This document shows, piece by piece, positions 27,083 to 37,659 of a DNA stretch of 55,311 nucleotides. The stretch's first letter is position 1; every line of letters begins with the position of its first letter. Source of the stretch: Fibrobacteria bacterium (GTDB taxonomy: Bacteria; Fibrobacterota; Fibrobacteria; UBA11236); contig JAYTHY010000118.1 in NCBI GenBank assembly GCA_043732185.1, forward strand, positions 1-55,311. The letters are read 5' to 3'. The notes under the pieces are model-generated. The model saw only the letters and a list, made by a program, of their open reading frames with translations. It searched no databases and was not told where the DNA came from. The translations under genes were made by a program, and so were the position numbers.

Positions 27083-29947
27083 CTATGGCAAATATTCGAA
27101 GAAATATTCTTCGCTTAAAATGAATACTCGGCCTTCCCATGTTTCAACTCGGAAAGCGCCCAATTTATTCAGGGATCCTAAATCCATCTGTGGTTTAATT
27201 AGCCAGGTCGAGGTTTTAAAATTATAGGACCAAACCTTTATTGCATTTTCCACGCCACCGGCATTCGCGAAGAATAACACTTCGTCATTTACTACGACTG
27301 ATTCAAAGCCAGCCGTACTCGGGGCATCAGGCATTTTGGGTTTTACAATCCAAGAGCCGCTGGCAGGATCGTATGCGACCATGGTGCCATTTTCCCCGAT
27401 TAAATAAACGGTATTACCTGCCACAGTCGAGGATGGCGAAGCGAATATTGCATTTGATATCAAGGGAATACTCTTTTTAGCTGTCCATGTATCCGTAGAA
27501 AAGGTGTACTCAAATAAATAATGGGTGAAATCCCATGTATCAGGGGAGGGCAGTACATAAATCAACTTATCGCCCACGGTTGCATTTACCAAGGCTCCCC
27601 GATAGGTATAGCCTAGGTCGAATGGAAAAAATGACTTTTCAATCCAAGTATGGGAAATTAGGTCATATTCATTAAGACGATAATTATCGACGACATTTGA
27701 TCCGGTGGTTTGTTTACCGCCATAGATATAGAGCTTGCCATTGGTTGAATACGCATTATAAGCCTGAAGATTCAAACCGAGGTTACGGATGGTGTTTGTC
27801 CAATTATCAAGATTCGGGTCGTAAACAGCAACCCCAAGGGCACCACCTCCCATATTTCCTACAGCTGTTAATTTCCCATCTACGGGTAGAATCGGAATCT
27901 GGCCCACAGCATCCAGGCTACCTGCCCTCGAATACCATTTTCCATCCAAGGGTCGATATTCTAAAAGATCCACCCGATAACCGCCGTTGAAATAGAAAGC
28001 GCCTTTTTCAATTGAATATATTCCGTTTCCAAGAGCCGTAAGTGTTGGGAGACCGGGATAATGCCTAGTCCTAGTTGGCAACTTCCTAAAATGGACGAAT
28101 CTAACTATCAGTGTGTCTAATCCCACTTCGCCATTGACCAGGGTAACTCGATATATGTAAGGGGTTCCCGTCAAATCTGGTACGGTCGAGGCCGTTATCG
28201 TCTTATCCTGAGCGGTTATTGGTACGAAGGCGCCGCCCACACCGATATTCCATTCCCTGGTTTTTATTGCCGTTCCATAAGGCGAAATGGATTTCCCATG
28301 AAGCACAAAGGGATCCCCAATCGCCACCGATGTGTCCAACCCCGCATCAACCATCGGAATATCACGAAGGATATAGACAAGCATGGTATCCATTCCTATT
28401 TCGCCGTTGGCTAGGGTAACCCGGTATATGTAACGGACACCACTACTATCGACAACACTTGAAGTCACCAGGGTCGTATCCATAGCACCTACCTGAACAA
28501 ATTTGCCTCCCGGACCGATATTCCATTCCCTTTTTTCCACCAGGGTGCCAAACCGGGAACTGGATTTTCCGTGCAGAAAAAATGGAGTATTTGTCGTGAT
28601 CGTGGTATCCGATCCCGCGTCCACTTGAGGAACATCCTTTAGAATATGCAGCAAAATCTGGGCATCGGCCGAGCCCGCGCCTTCGTCTTGAACGGTTACG
28701 CGAATTTGAGGGTTGGTTGCGCCATCATTCCAAACACGGGTTAAGGTATCAAACCCTTGCAGTGCGGAAACCCGGGTCGTTCGAATCGGCATAGGCACCC
28801 CACTCTGGTACCATGTCAAGGTTTTAACCCGCCTTGTGGGGTTGCGAAAATTTAAAACCAATTTAACGGAATCGCCTATCTGCATTATATTGTCTGATGA
28901 ATTTAAACAGGTTAAGTCTAGAGTGCTTGCGACCCATTCAGGTGACGCAACATGCACATCCGCCGATTCAAAATAATTTCCTTCGATGTCAGACTTGTTC
29001 AGCGCCCGAACAACATAGGAGAACGAACTTCCATCCAATGAATTCGTTAAGATCCCTCCGCGATCTGCATTGAAATATACCGAATCTATGAAAGTCGTAT
29101 CCGTAGTTCGACCGACATAGGCATAAGTTGGGAAAATCGCATTCGACTGTGTCCTCATGATTAGGTAGCCTTTTAGATTCTTATATCCGATCGGGCTCCA
29201 GGAAAGTAAGGCCAGTCCCTGCGTAGTGTCATAATTGGCCTTGAGGCCGCGGACCACTGGGATGCCGGTAAAGGGTAACCGTAAGGTATCCTTGAGGGTA
29301 TCAGTTTTTCCGCGATGGATTCTAATAGGAAAGGCCAATGGCGCGTATTCGGGAAAGGTGGTTATGGCTCGTCCCAGGTATTGACCTTCAGCCAGGCCAG
29401 AAAGACGGAATTGTCCTAATGAATCCACATTTACGAAGACATCGGTTCCCAGCACTTGTACGGTGACCGACCGCGTATCTCGATCAGGCTGCAATTCCAC
29501 TACCCCTGCCAACGAGCCTGGATTCCGTAAGGTATCCTTGGGAAGCCTAAGCATTGGAGTGAAGAATATGGAATCACGATAGGCGACTTGACCGTTCAAG
29601 GCGCTGAGAATATTGTATTCTCCCCTTTCCAGGGAATCCAATGTGTAAAAGCCTTTCCCATCAGTATGCGTTACAAAAACCAATGCCATAGCGCCAGAAG
29701 TCTTGGCCGGTAACTTGCGAATCACCGATCCACCGGGTATATGGTCTACTGAGAAAACCTTGACTTCGGCATCTATTGCTGGACTGCCGTCCGCCAGGAA
29801 AATTTGCCCTACCCGCACCTCGTTTTCTACTTCCGAGCCGCGATTGCTTTGATCGCTTTCCTTGGTTAAACAGCCGGCCAACAAAACAGCAGCCAAGACC
29901 AGAGCTTCTAGAACATGACGGCTGAATTTAATTTGGGAAGTATTCAT
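27083..29947 (-). CDS. Large lipoprotein: beta-sandwich stalk, two PKD-like repeats, C-terminal Kelch propeller
   Basis: Lipobox LLAGC, NRGSEVENE; YDP...W Kelch repeats; likely start ATG 29947. Confidence 0.8.
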   Translation of the reverse strand: MNTSQIKFSRHVLEALVLAAVLLAGCLTKESDQSNRGSEVENEVRVGQIFLADGSPAIDAEVKVFSVDHIPGGSVIRKLPAKTSGAMALVFVTHTDGKGFYTLDSLERGEYNILSALNGQVAYRDSIFFTPMLRLPKDTLRNPGSLAGVVELQPDRDTRSVTVQVLGTDVFVNVDSLGQFRLSGLAEGQYLGRAITTFPEYAPLAFPIRIHRGKTDTLKDTLRLPFTGIPVVRGLKANYDTTQGLALLSWSPIGYKNLKGYLIMRTQSNAIFPTYAYVGRTTDTTFIDSVYFNADRGGILTNSLDGSSFSYVVRALNKSDIEGNYFESADVHVASPEWVASTLDLTCLNSSDNIMQIGDSVKLVLNFRNPTRRVKTLTWYQSGVPMPIRTTRVSALQGFDTLTRVWNDGATNPQIRVTVQDEGAGSADAQILLHILKDVPQVDAGSDTTITTNTPFFLHGKSSSRFGTLVEKREWNIGPGGKFVQVGAMDTTLVTSSVVDSSGVRYIYRVTLANGEIGMDTMLVYILRDIPMVDAGLDTSVAIGDPFVLHGKSISPYGTAIKTREWNIGVGGAFVPITAQDKTITASTVPDLTGTPYIYRVTLVNGEVGLDTLIVRFVHFRKLPTRTRHYPGLPTLTALGNGIYSIEKGAFYFNGGYRVDLLEYRPLDGKWYSRAGSLDAVGQIPILPVDGKLTAVGNMGGGALGVAVYDPNLDNWTNTIRNLGLNLQAYNAYSTNGKLYIYGGKQTTGSNVVDNYRLNEYDLISHTWIEKSFFPFDLGYTYRGALVNATVGDKLIYVLPSPDTWDFTHYLFEYTFSTDTWTAKKSIPLISNAIFASPSSTVAGNTVYLIGENGTMVAYDPASGSWIVKPKMPDAPSTAGFESVVVNDEVLFFANAGGVENAIKVWSYNFKTSTWLIKPQMDLGSLNKLGAFRVETWEGRVFILSEEYFFEYLP
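28100..28645 (-). repeat. Tandem 273-bp (91-aa) PKD-like domain duplication
   Basis: ILKDVPQVDAGSDT..REWNIG..YIYRVTLANGE versus ILRDIPMVDAGLDT..REWNIG..YIYRVTLVNGE. Confidence 0.85.
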
Positions 29948-32520
29948 AAAGATCCACCACATTGAGAAGGTAAATATGACCGTTGACATTCTTGATGCGC
30001 AATGCACTTCCGGTGCCAACTGGGATTGAGGGCTTAACCATCCAGTGATCGGTTTTCCAATTGTAGGAAAAGACATGTACCTCGGTTTCGGAAGCATTCG
30101 TATCTTTAAAAAAGTAGATCTCATCTCCCACCGTAGTATGCTCATAATTCGGATATTGAGATGTGATCCCGAAAGCGTTTATAGGAGCCGAAAGGGAAAC
30201 AGTGTTCCAGACCGAGTCTACGGGATCATATTTATCTGCGTTCCCCTTATCACCCACTACAATTATTGATCCCCCTGCCAACTCCACTAATATAGGATAG
30301 ACTTGTGAATTTTCATTTAATGGAGTAGTCCAAGAATTGGATTCGATACTGTAAATCGACAATGGTTTATTCCACCAGGCTTGCATGCCAGCCACATAAA
30401 GAATTCCATCAGAAACAACCCAACCATTGTCTCCAATACCATAGTTACCCACCGGCATCTTCGGTCCAGCCGTCCAGGTATTTAGAATTGGATCATAGAT
30501 GTACAAATCCGCTTTCCTCTCTAGGCCTCCAAATGCCGGGGAGGGGTCACCCGGGTTCTCGTTTTCCGGACAGCCAAAACCCCCCGAAGGCAACAAGTTT
30601 ACCGCGCATGGCAACTAAATGGGCCGCGCTGCGCATTCTTGGCAAGGGACTCATTGTCCGCCAGGAGTTTGACGTGGGATCATATTCCATTAGTCGGGTC
30701 TTGTGAAGGCTGTATGGAATCGTGCACCCGCCTGGATTTGAATCTACAAGTGCGTACACTTTTCTATTAAGTGAAGCCATGGCTTCACCAGAATTTTGGA
30801 CGTATGGGAAAGGCTTTTTATTGGACCATTGGCGTTGAGTAGGGTCATACTGGACAAAATCAGAATAATGCGCGGAGAGGACAAAGAGCTTACCGTCAAC
30901 GGATTCAAGGGAGTTGTTAGAGGAAAGTGACCGTGGCATTTTGGGTAAGATGGCATAAGGAACAATCGTTATTTTTTTCGAAGCCAGACCAACATCACCC
31001 CGATCAGAGGTGACCCGTAATTCACAGACGAGCTCTGAACCCATCTCCATCGGCGCCTGCAATACCGTGTCGCCATTGCTAACCTGGATGAAATTTCCGG
31101 TACTTCCGATATCCCATTCCCATTTGACGATTCGTTCCTTCGGTGAATTAAGCAGGAAGCTTACCTTGCCGGACAAAGCAAATTTATCCCCAGCCGCTAT
31201 GTTCGTATCCAGGCCAACATCAACAACAGGTGGGTCATTTATCACTTGGATAGTGAGTTGCGCTTCATTCCTGTCATTGCCGTCATCAGTAGCGATTACA
31301 CTTATGGCTGGGTTGGTCTCCGTGCTCCAAGCATATCTTAAGGTATCTTTTCCCGATCCGGATGAATCCAATTTTACCTGAACGGGCTTCTTTACGCCCT
31401 CAACATACCACTCAATCCGGCGAACTTTTCGAGTCGGGTTCGAATATTCAAGACCGACCTCGACTGTATCTCCAATTCGAACCGAGTCTTGTGAATTTGA
31501 TAATGTGAATAAATTCAGACGGGTCCTAACCAACTCAGGTGATAGGGCTTTCACCTTTATCGAACCATAGTTTAATCCCTCTAAATCTGATTTGCTGAGA
31601 AGACGAATTCGATATTCCATATCCGGAATACTTGTATCCGCTAATATGTTTCCACCATACAAGGTATCTGCAAAGGTCGTATCCTCAGTTTTACCGACCA
31701 AAATATTATCTGAGGTTAAGGCGCCAAAAGGACGCCGGTAAATTTCATAAGCTTGAAAACTTCGATACTTTGTTTTATTCCAAGATAATTTAGCCGCCCC
31801 GACCAAGGTATCATATTCTGCCTTTATTCCTGTTACAACTGGGATGCCCGTGAAGGGTAACCATAAAGTATCCTTGAGGGTATCCGCAAACCCCGTCTTA
31901 ATCGAGATCGGAAAATATAGAGGCGTATATTCCGCCGTGGTCGTTATAGCGCGGCCCGTATAATGGCCCTGAGCTAATCCAGATAAGGTGAACACTCCAG
32001 CTTCCCCAACATTCACAAATACATTAGTGCCCATTATCTGAACCGTTACCGTAACTGGATCGTGATTAGGCTGCAAGCCAACAATACCTGTTAGTGACCC
32101 TGGAGTGCGCAAAGTGTCGTTGGCCAATTTACCACTAGACGCGGAAATAAATACCGAATCCTGGTAAGAGAATGCACCATTTAATTCACCGAGGACATTG
32201 TACTCACCCGCCAGCAGGGTATCGACTTTATAGCGACCTTTATTATCTGTATGGGTTGAAAAGGCCACACCCGCCATGGCCGCAGCATTATAAGTTCGAC
32301 CCCCGGCCTTGCGGATTGGAACTTCTGGGACATGATCCACTGAGTAAAATCGAACCTCGGCATCTATTGCAGGACTGCCGTCGGCCAGGAATATTTGTCC
32401 TACCCGTACTTCGTTCTCGACTTCCGAACCGCGATTGGTTTGATCGCTTTCCTTGGTTAGACAACCGCCAACCAGAAAGGCTATGAGAGCTACCCCGATC
32501 GCCATTAAGTTCAGCTTCAT
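29928..32520 (-). pseudogene. Paralogous Kelch-tipped lipoprotein split by a +1 frameshift in a G6T4 run
   Basis: Lipobox VGGC + NRGSEVENE; removing one base at 30576-30585 joins GKLVAFGGF to GCPEN...LYIYDP Kelch repeats. Confidence 0.8.
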
Positions 32521-32525
32521 CTGTT

Positions 32526-33359
32526 TTATTCTGTTACCGGGAAAATCTGGAAATTGCATTGGTATACCTTTTCTGGTATGGGATCTTCATTTGTGAGAGC
32601 CAAAAGTCGTTTGCGTAAAGCTCGGATTTCTTCCTGCGCCTTAATAAAACCGGTTTGTGAAAGAGATAGGGTTAGCGTTGAAACATCCCTTTGTTCTTTG
32701 GGATAGGTCTCTAAAGCTTGCATAGCCAATTCCATATGGGCTTTTAGAAAATTCGCTAGACTATCGAATTTCGAGTCTGGATCCTTTTTTAGGGCGCCAG
32801 ATCGTGCTCGGAAACTGCCGTCCTGCCCCTGTGAAATGAAATCAAGTTGTTTCAATAGTTCGATGGCCTTTTTGGCTTCCGAAGGTTTGATGGCAGGTTT
32901 GAGCTTCTTTGCCAGGGTCGCAAAGTCTCCGCTGAAGGACTCAAAAAACAGAAGTTCGCGAACAACGGCGTAGTACCATTTGCTGTAAAACTCGAACTTT
33001 TCTCGCCCGACCATCTCCGGCTTAACCTCCCGGAAAGAAAGGATTTTACGGAACCCTCGATTCTTTTCATCCAAAGAACCGGCCTGATTGAAGGCCACGA
33101 GAGCTTCAAAATAAGACTCCTCACGTTGTTTTAGCCCCAACAGCTTGGTTAATTTGAATAGGTAGACCCCAGTCAGGGTGATACGCCCCTGCAATAAATC
33201 CGAAAACCAGCCTGATGAACTAGCCCCCACGGCCAAATGAATGAATCGATGGGAAAAGCGCTTGTCTACTGCCTTACGGGCAAGGTAATAATCCTTTAAA
33301 TACAGCCTAAAATCGGTATAGTCGAAGATACGTATGGAGAGCGAATCAGGGTTAGTCAC
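32526..33359 (-). CDS. TIGR02147 family protein (HTH-like N-terminus + DUF4423)
   Basis: IFDYTDFRLYLKDYY..RK...FS.R, FY.KWYY.VVREL, RDVSTLTL, VYQCNFQIFP. Confidence 0.85.
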   Translation of the reverse strand: MTNPDSLSIRIFDYTDFRLYLKDYYLARKAVDKRFSHRFIHLAVGASSSGWFSDLLQGRITLTGVYLFKLTKLLGLKQREESYFEALVAFNQAGSLDEKNRGFRKILSFREVKPEMVGREKFEFYSKWYYAVVRELLFFESFSGDFATLAKKLKPAIKPSEAKKAIELLKQLDFISQGQDGSFRARSGALKKDPDSKFDSLANFLKAHMELAMQALETYPKEQRDVSTLTLSLSQTGFIKAQEEIRALRKRLLALTNEDPIPEKVYQCNFQIFPVTE

Positions 33360-33455
33360 GCCTTAAATATGGCCCCATTTACACAGGTTGGCAATCAGTG
33401 GGCACAACTTTATGCTCTTTTGATTAGAGCGGTGATGGTCTTAGGGTACCCGATT

Positions 33456-34003
33456 TCATTGCCGTGCCAATTTGTATTCAAAGAAATTTGTAACTCCACT
33501 ACCGTCCGATCGACTGTAAAAATAGAGCGAACCGCCCACGCTCACGACATCCATATTTGAATGCAGGCCTCCGTCCGGCGCAAAAGTTCGATGGTCGAGA
33601 CTGAACGGTTCAAGCCCCTTCCACCCACCTCCCAATTCAAGATTATATACCCAGGGGGAGAACTGCCCGGCGCTGTTTTGAAGCAGTAAGAAAAGCGTCA
33701 TTGCATCGTGCTGGACGAAATAGCTCTCTCCGTCAATTCCGGTAGGCCAAGGAATATCCATTCCCATTTCACAATACGGCTAGAACCCGCTCTGCTAGTA
33801 CCATGGAGCACAAGGGTGTCCCCAAAGGCAATTGCGGTATCCAGTCCTGCATTTGCCTGAGGATTGCCTAAATTATTTTCATGATTCACGTCCGGATCCT
33901 TTGCCAAATCTTTTGTGCTTTCGAATAAGCAAGACGACAGCAGTAGTGTTGTAACTAATAGTACGGATTTAATTGCACGATTAAATTTTTCTTGGTGTTT
34001 CAT
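33456..34003 (-). pseudogene. Internally deleted, frameshifted Kelch/PKD lipoprotein
   Basis: Lipobox LSSC; NAGLDT..LHG..KWEW(D)I half-PKD; frameshift ~33759; tail homologous to the C-terminus of ORF 34078..35259. Confidence 0.7.
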
Positions 34004-34077
34004 TTTCTTCTGTATTAACAAAAAGAACCCAGAAATGGCCTTAGCATTCCTCTGAAGTAACTTGTGCATCGCGGTTT

Positions 34078-35259
34078 TCAATGGGCAGGCAATTTACAAT
34101 CGAAAAAATTGGTGGCGTTACTTGAATCATGACGGCTATAAATGAAAACCACGCCATCTAAAGCCTTTGCTGTAAATAGGTCGTTGGATTGCGTATGGCT
34201 AGCCGTAAAAGCATGCCCCAAATTCAAGGGGGGCATTTTTTGCCATCCCCCACCATTTTCCAAATCATAAACAAATGGCATGGGCTCGGCTCCTGAATCG
34301 TGCAATAAAAATATCGTCATCTCATCCACATACTCAAATTCACTGATGCCTAAGTCATTGGCGCCATTCCAGGGATCGGTACTCCCATGAAAATTCCAAT
34401 GACCCGTTTCCGTTTCCGGATCATAATAATATGGGCTGCCAGAAATGGAATTCGACCCTAGGAGTAGAATGCGGTTGCCGATTCCCATTTCAGAAACCAT
34501 CCAAGGAGGCTGAAACCAAATCGAATCACCATCTTGAGGAGAGAAGTTTCGCTTCGAAATCCATTTTTCAGAACCAAAATCAAACTGGTCCAATGAGTTT
34601 AATGCTTGCTTATCTATCACTATCCCGCGACGGTAAAGCTTTCCATTGGCACTGAAAAGCTTGTAATCGTTAGAAAAGTTTTCAGTTAATTTACTCCAGG
34701 TTGCACCCTCGGGATCATAGCGCCATATTGGTTGTGGAAAATCGCGTTCGAATCCCCGAAGGAAAACTTGGCTGCCAGCGCCTAAAATAGTTGTGAACGA
34801 ACCTCCCGTAGCTTTTCCGCTTAGAGGAACATCAACCCAAGACTTGGATGACAAGGTGTAAATCCAAATGTGCCCGGAATAAAAGGTGGAGTAGAGATAC
34901 ACCCGACCGTCCATTTCAAAAGACTCTAAAAATTCTTCTGGGGTGTCGAATTCTTTTGCAACACTGGATTCTTCCTTCCAAATATTTCTGGCGCGGTCAT
35001 AGGCCTTCACGGTAATATTCGCACCCTTGGCACAAAAAGCCAATAGCCGATTTCCATCCGTATGGAAGAACAATTGATCCGGTTCCGGTTCGATGGATGC
35101 CAAAGCCCGGTAGGCGCTATCTAGGCCTTTCACCGTCCTGACATTGACTTCCTTTTTTCCCGTCTCAAATATACAGCCAGAGAATACACTGAAAACAAAG
35201 GAGGAAATGATTGTTCCGTATAAAATTGGCTTGTTCGATCTAAGGTGAAATAAAGCCAT
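34078..35259 (-). CDS. Kelch-like beta-propeller lipoprotein
   Basis: FSGC lipobox; YD....W repeats. Confidence 0.7.
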   Translation of the reverse strand: MALFHLRSNKPILYGTIISSFVFSVFSGCIFETGKKEVNVRTVKGLDSAYRALASIEPEPDQLFFHTDGNRLLAFCAKGANITVKAYDRARNIWKEESSVAKEFDTPEEFLESFEMDGRVYLYSTFYSGHIWIYTLSSKSWVDVPLSGKATGGSFTTILGAGSQVFLRGFERDFPQPIWRYDPEGATWSKLTENFSNDYKLFSANGKLYRRGIVIDKQALNSLDQFDFGSEKWISKRNFSPQDGDSIWFQPPWMVSEMGIGNRILLLGSNSISGSPYYYDPETETGHWNFHGSTDPWNGANDLGISEFEYVDEMTIFLLHDSGAEPMPFVYDLENGGGWQKMPPLNLGHAFTASHTQSNDLFTAKALDGVVFIYSRHDSSNATNFFDCKLPAH

Positions 35260-37528
35260 TAAGGGTTCCTATTTTAAAATGGTTCTCTTGATCAAAAACC
35301 GTTAATCGATACATATATAGGTCGCCCGTTGCCGGCGCGGTCCACTGGATCTCCTGAGCCCCCTTTTCCATTCTCCGCTGGCCGACTTGCCCGACAAGCC
35401 GTCCCTTCGCGCTGAATAGCGACAGTTTAATATTCGCGGCAACGGGAAGCTGGAAGGAAACGACCTTTGTGAATGGGTTTCCAACCAGGGTATAGCCTTT
35501 GGCATTCAAAGTCCATTTTTGCTGTTTTTCCTTAATGACCGGCCTCAGGCCCGTCGTCGTGGGAATTGGGATCGACACGGTCCAAAGGTTACCGGTATGC
35601 GTGCTTGCTACGAGCTTATCTCCCTTTATAACCATCCCGATCACCTGGTTGGAGTCCTCTCCCAAACCATTCTGATAAGGCTGCCAGGTGGCTCCTGTAT
35701 TCTCCGAATAAAAGAATCCCTTTCCCGTGCCAACAAAAAACATATTATCCAATGCTGCGAAAGCCCTAATCCCATAAGGAAAGTTCTCGTCGGCTTCCGG
35801 GACTGGTAGTTTTCGCCAATTCGGATGATTGCCTTTTTCCGTGAAAATAACTTGAGTAAAACCGGTTGGGTAATTGTCTATGCCATCCGCGTTACAGAAA
35901 ATATGTGTGGGAGAAAAATAGAGCGCGCGTAATCTAGACGGCCAGGGGCTTGGCAGAGGCGAAGGCATGGGCAATTCATTCCAGGTTTTGCCTTGATCGT
36001 CCGAATAGAAAACCGAAGAAAACTTCCCAGTAGGTGCGATTATCGCATATATGCGAGCCCCATCCGCTTCCATTGCCGTGATTTCTCCTTTAGGCATACT
36101 TGACAACGGCTTCCATGATTTACCAAGGTCACTTGATAGGGAAACACCCCACGAACCCGCATCAACTATAATCAAACCCCCTACAAATGCCCAAGAATGG
36201 ATTTGAAAGGACTCAATCTCTATAGCATCAGGATTTGCTAAACCGATGTCCGCAAAATCCCAAGTTGCGCCGCCGTCTCTTGAGATAACAAGTCCGGCAG
36301 CCTTCCTTGCCGTGTCTGGTCCGAGATTTATAACCAAAATTCCCCGGTCGAATTTTACGTCAACCTTTTCGTTGCCGAAATCATACTGGCTTGATACGCT
36401 CAGGTTCCTCCAGTTTAAAAGAGTGCTATCGGAAATAGAAAACCCGGTGTTTTTGACAACCAGTAGCTTATTACCTAATAGTTCAAGATTTGCGATTTCT
36501 CCTCCCGACAAGCCAATTATGCTGGGTGACCAATTTAGGCCACCATCCGTTGAGGCAAAAATACCCGATTCCCCCTTTGCAATGAGTCGATTTTCTAGTG
36601 CGAAAAGACTATAGGTAGTGTCGGCTAATGGGGAAACGTAAGTCATGGGATTCATAGGTATATGGGGATTTATCGATATGAGTTTCCAAGTCAAGGAATT
36701 ATCTATTGAACTCCAATATCTCTTTTCCCCAACGCTATCTAAGGTCGTGGCAAAAAAGCTTTTTCCGCTTCCACTAATGCTCTGTAAGTTCTTTGGTAAG
36801 GCTTGAGCAGGGGAAAGGGCGGTCCAAGTAGTACCTGAATCCAAGGACCGGTATCCGGTCTTGCCATCATGAATTAAAATACTGTTCGACAGGACCACCA
36901 TTTCTTTTGGTTGAAAAGCTTTCTGAACGGCATTGAATACTTGTATCCAACTATTGCCTTTATCTACACTCCTCCAAATTCCGAGGGTATTGCCGAAATA
37001 GAGGCTTCCCATTCCCAAAGCGCTAAACTGCACATCGCCGCTTGTCGACCTGGGTGGTCCAATATCCACCCAAGTCTTTCCCGAATCCTGCGAGACTCGA
37101 TTGCCCAAAAAGAGTGCCCCACTTCCCACCAAAATTTTGCCTGGATTTATTGGCATACCCCCTACGGTGCCAATAACAGTCTTCCAACCACTGGTACCAC
37201 GCATTGCTGAAAATAGACCATAGTCCGTGGAGGCATATATCAAATTCCCATCAAAGCCTATGGAAGTTGGTACATAAGTCAGGCTTTGCGGGACAACCGG
37301 CGCCCAAGTTAATCCGGCATCAATAGATGAATAAACCATTCCCGATTCAATACTTGGAACGGAAGGTTGGTGGTAAGTCGCCACCAAAAGCGTATCTCCA
37401 CCAACTGCCATGCAAAGAACTTTAGCCCCATCAGGGCCAGGCAATTTCTCCCAATTCGAATTGGAAAAAACACTTTCTTGACAGGCAAAAATCGAAATCA
37501 TCATAAGAAGGCTTTTTGCTTTTTTCAT
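35240..37528 (-). CDS. Secreted BNR/Asp-box repeat protein with T9SS-like CTD
   Basis: Many S.D.G.TW Asp boxes; tail NPF...ISF-type strand, LSLFSAKGRLV..WTAP..LYMYRL. Confidence 0.85.
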   Translation of the reverse strand: MKKAKSLLMMISIFACQESVFSNSNWEKLPGPDGAKVLCMAVGGDTLLVATYHQPSVPSIESGMVYSSIDAGLTWAPVVPQSLTYVPTSIGFDGNLIYASTDYGLFSAMRGTSGWKTVIGTVGGMPINPGKILVGSGALFLGNRVSQDSGKTWVDIGPPRSTSGDVQFSALGMGSLYFGNTLGIWRSVDKGNSWIQVFNAVQKAFQPKEMVVLSNSILIHDGKTGYRSLDSGTTWTALSPAQALPKNLQSISGSGKSFFATTLDSVGEKRYWSSIDNSLTWKLISINPHIPMNPMTYVSPLADTTYSLFALENRLIAKGESGIFASTDGGLNWSPSIIGLSGGEIANLELLGNKLLVVKNTGFSISDSTLLNWRNLSVSSQYDFGNEKVDVKFDRGILVINLGPDTARKAAGLVISRDGGATWDFADIGLANPDAIEIESFQIHSWAFVGGLIIVDAGSWGVSLSSDLGKSWKPLSSMPKGEITAMEADGARIYAIIAPTGKFSSVFYSDDQGKTWNELPMPSPLPSPWPSRLRALYFSPTHIFCNADGIDNYPTGFTQVIFTEKGNHPNWRKLPVPEADENFPYGIRAFAALDNMFFVGTGKGFFYSENTGATWQPYQNGLGEDSNQVIGMVIKGDKLVASTHTGNLWTVSIPIPTTTGLRPVIKEKQQKWTLNAKGYTLVGNPFTKVVSFQLPVAANIKLSLFSAKGRLVGQVGQRRMEKGAQEIQWTAPATGDLYMYRLTVFDQENHFKIGTLNGFISP

Positions 37529-37659
37529 TTGTACTCCCATTTTTGCTAACAACAAGACCTCAGCAAAATCAAATTGCTGAGAATTGAAGCCGAAATATGG
37601 CCATGCGAAAAAATTAACGCGCCTTCTAAATGTCGTTAAAATCTTAGAAAAGGGCTAAT

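Noticed and set aside
29948..30145. N-terminal extension of the 1020-aa ORF; likewise 3477-3566, 41178-41300 and 49230-49376
   Set aside because: These extensions overlap upstream genes or precede the clear signal peptide or family start.
30576..30585. Programmed -1 ribosomal frameshift
   Set aside because: The required shift is +1, and the run is not in the X XXY YYZ phase.
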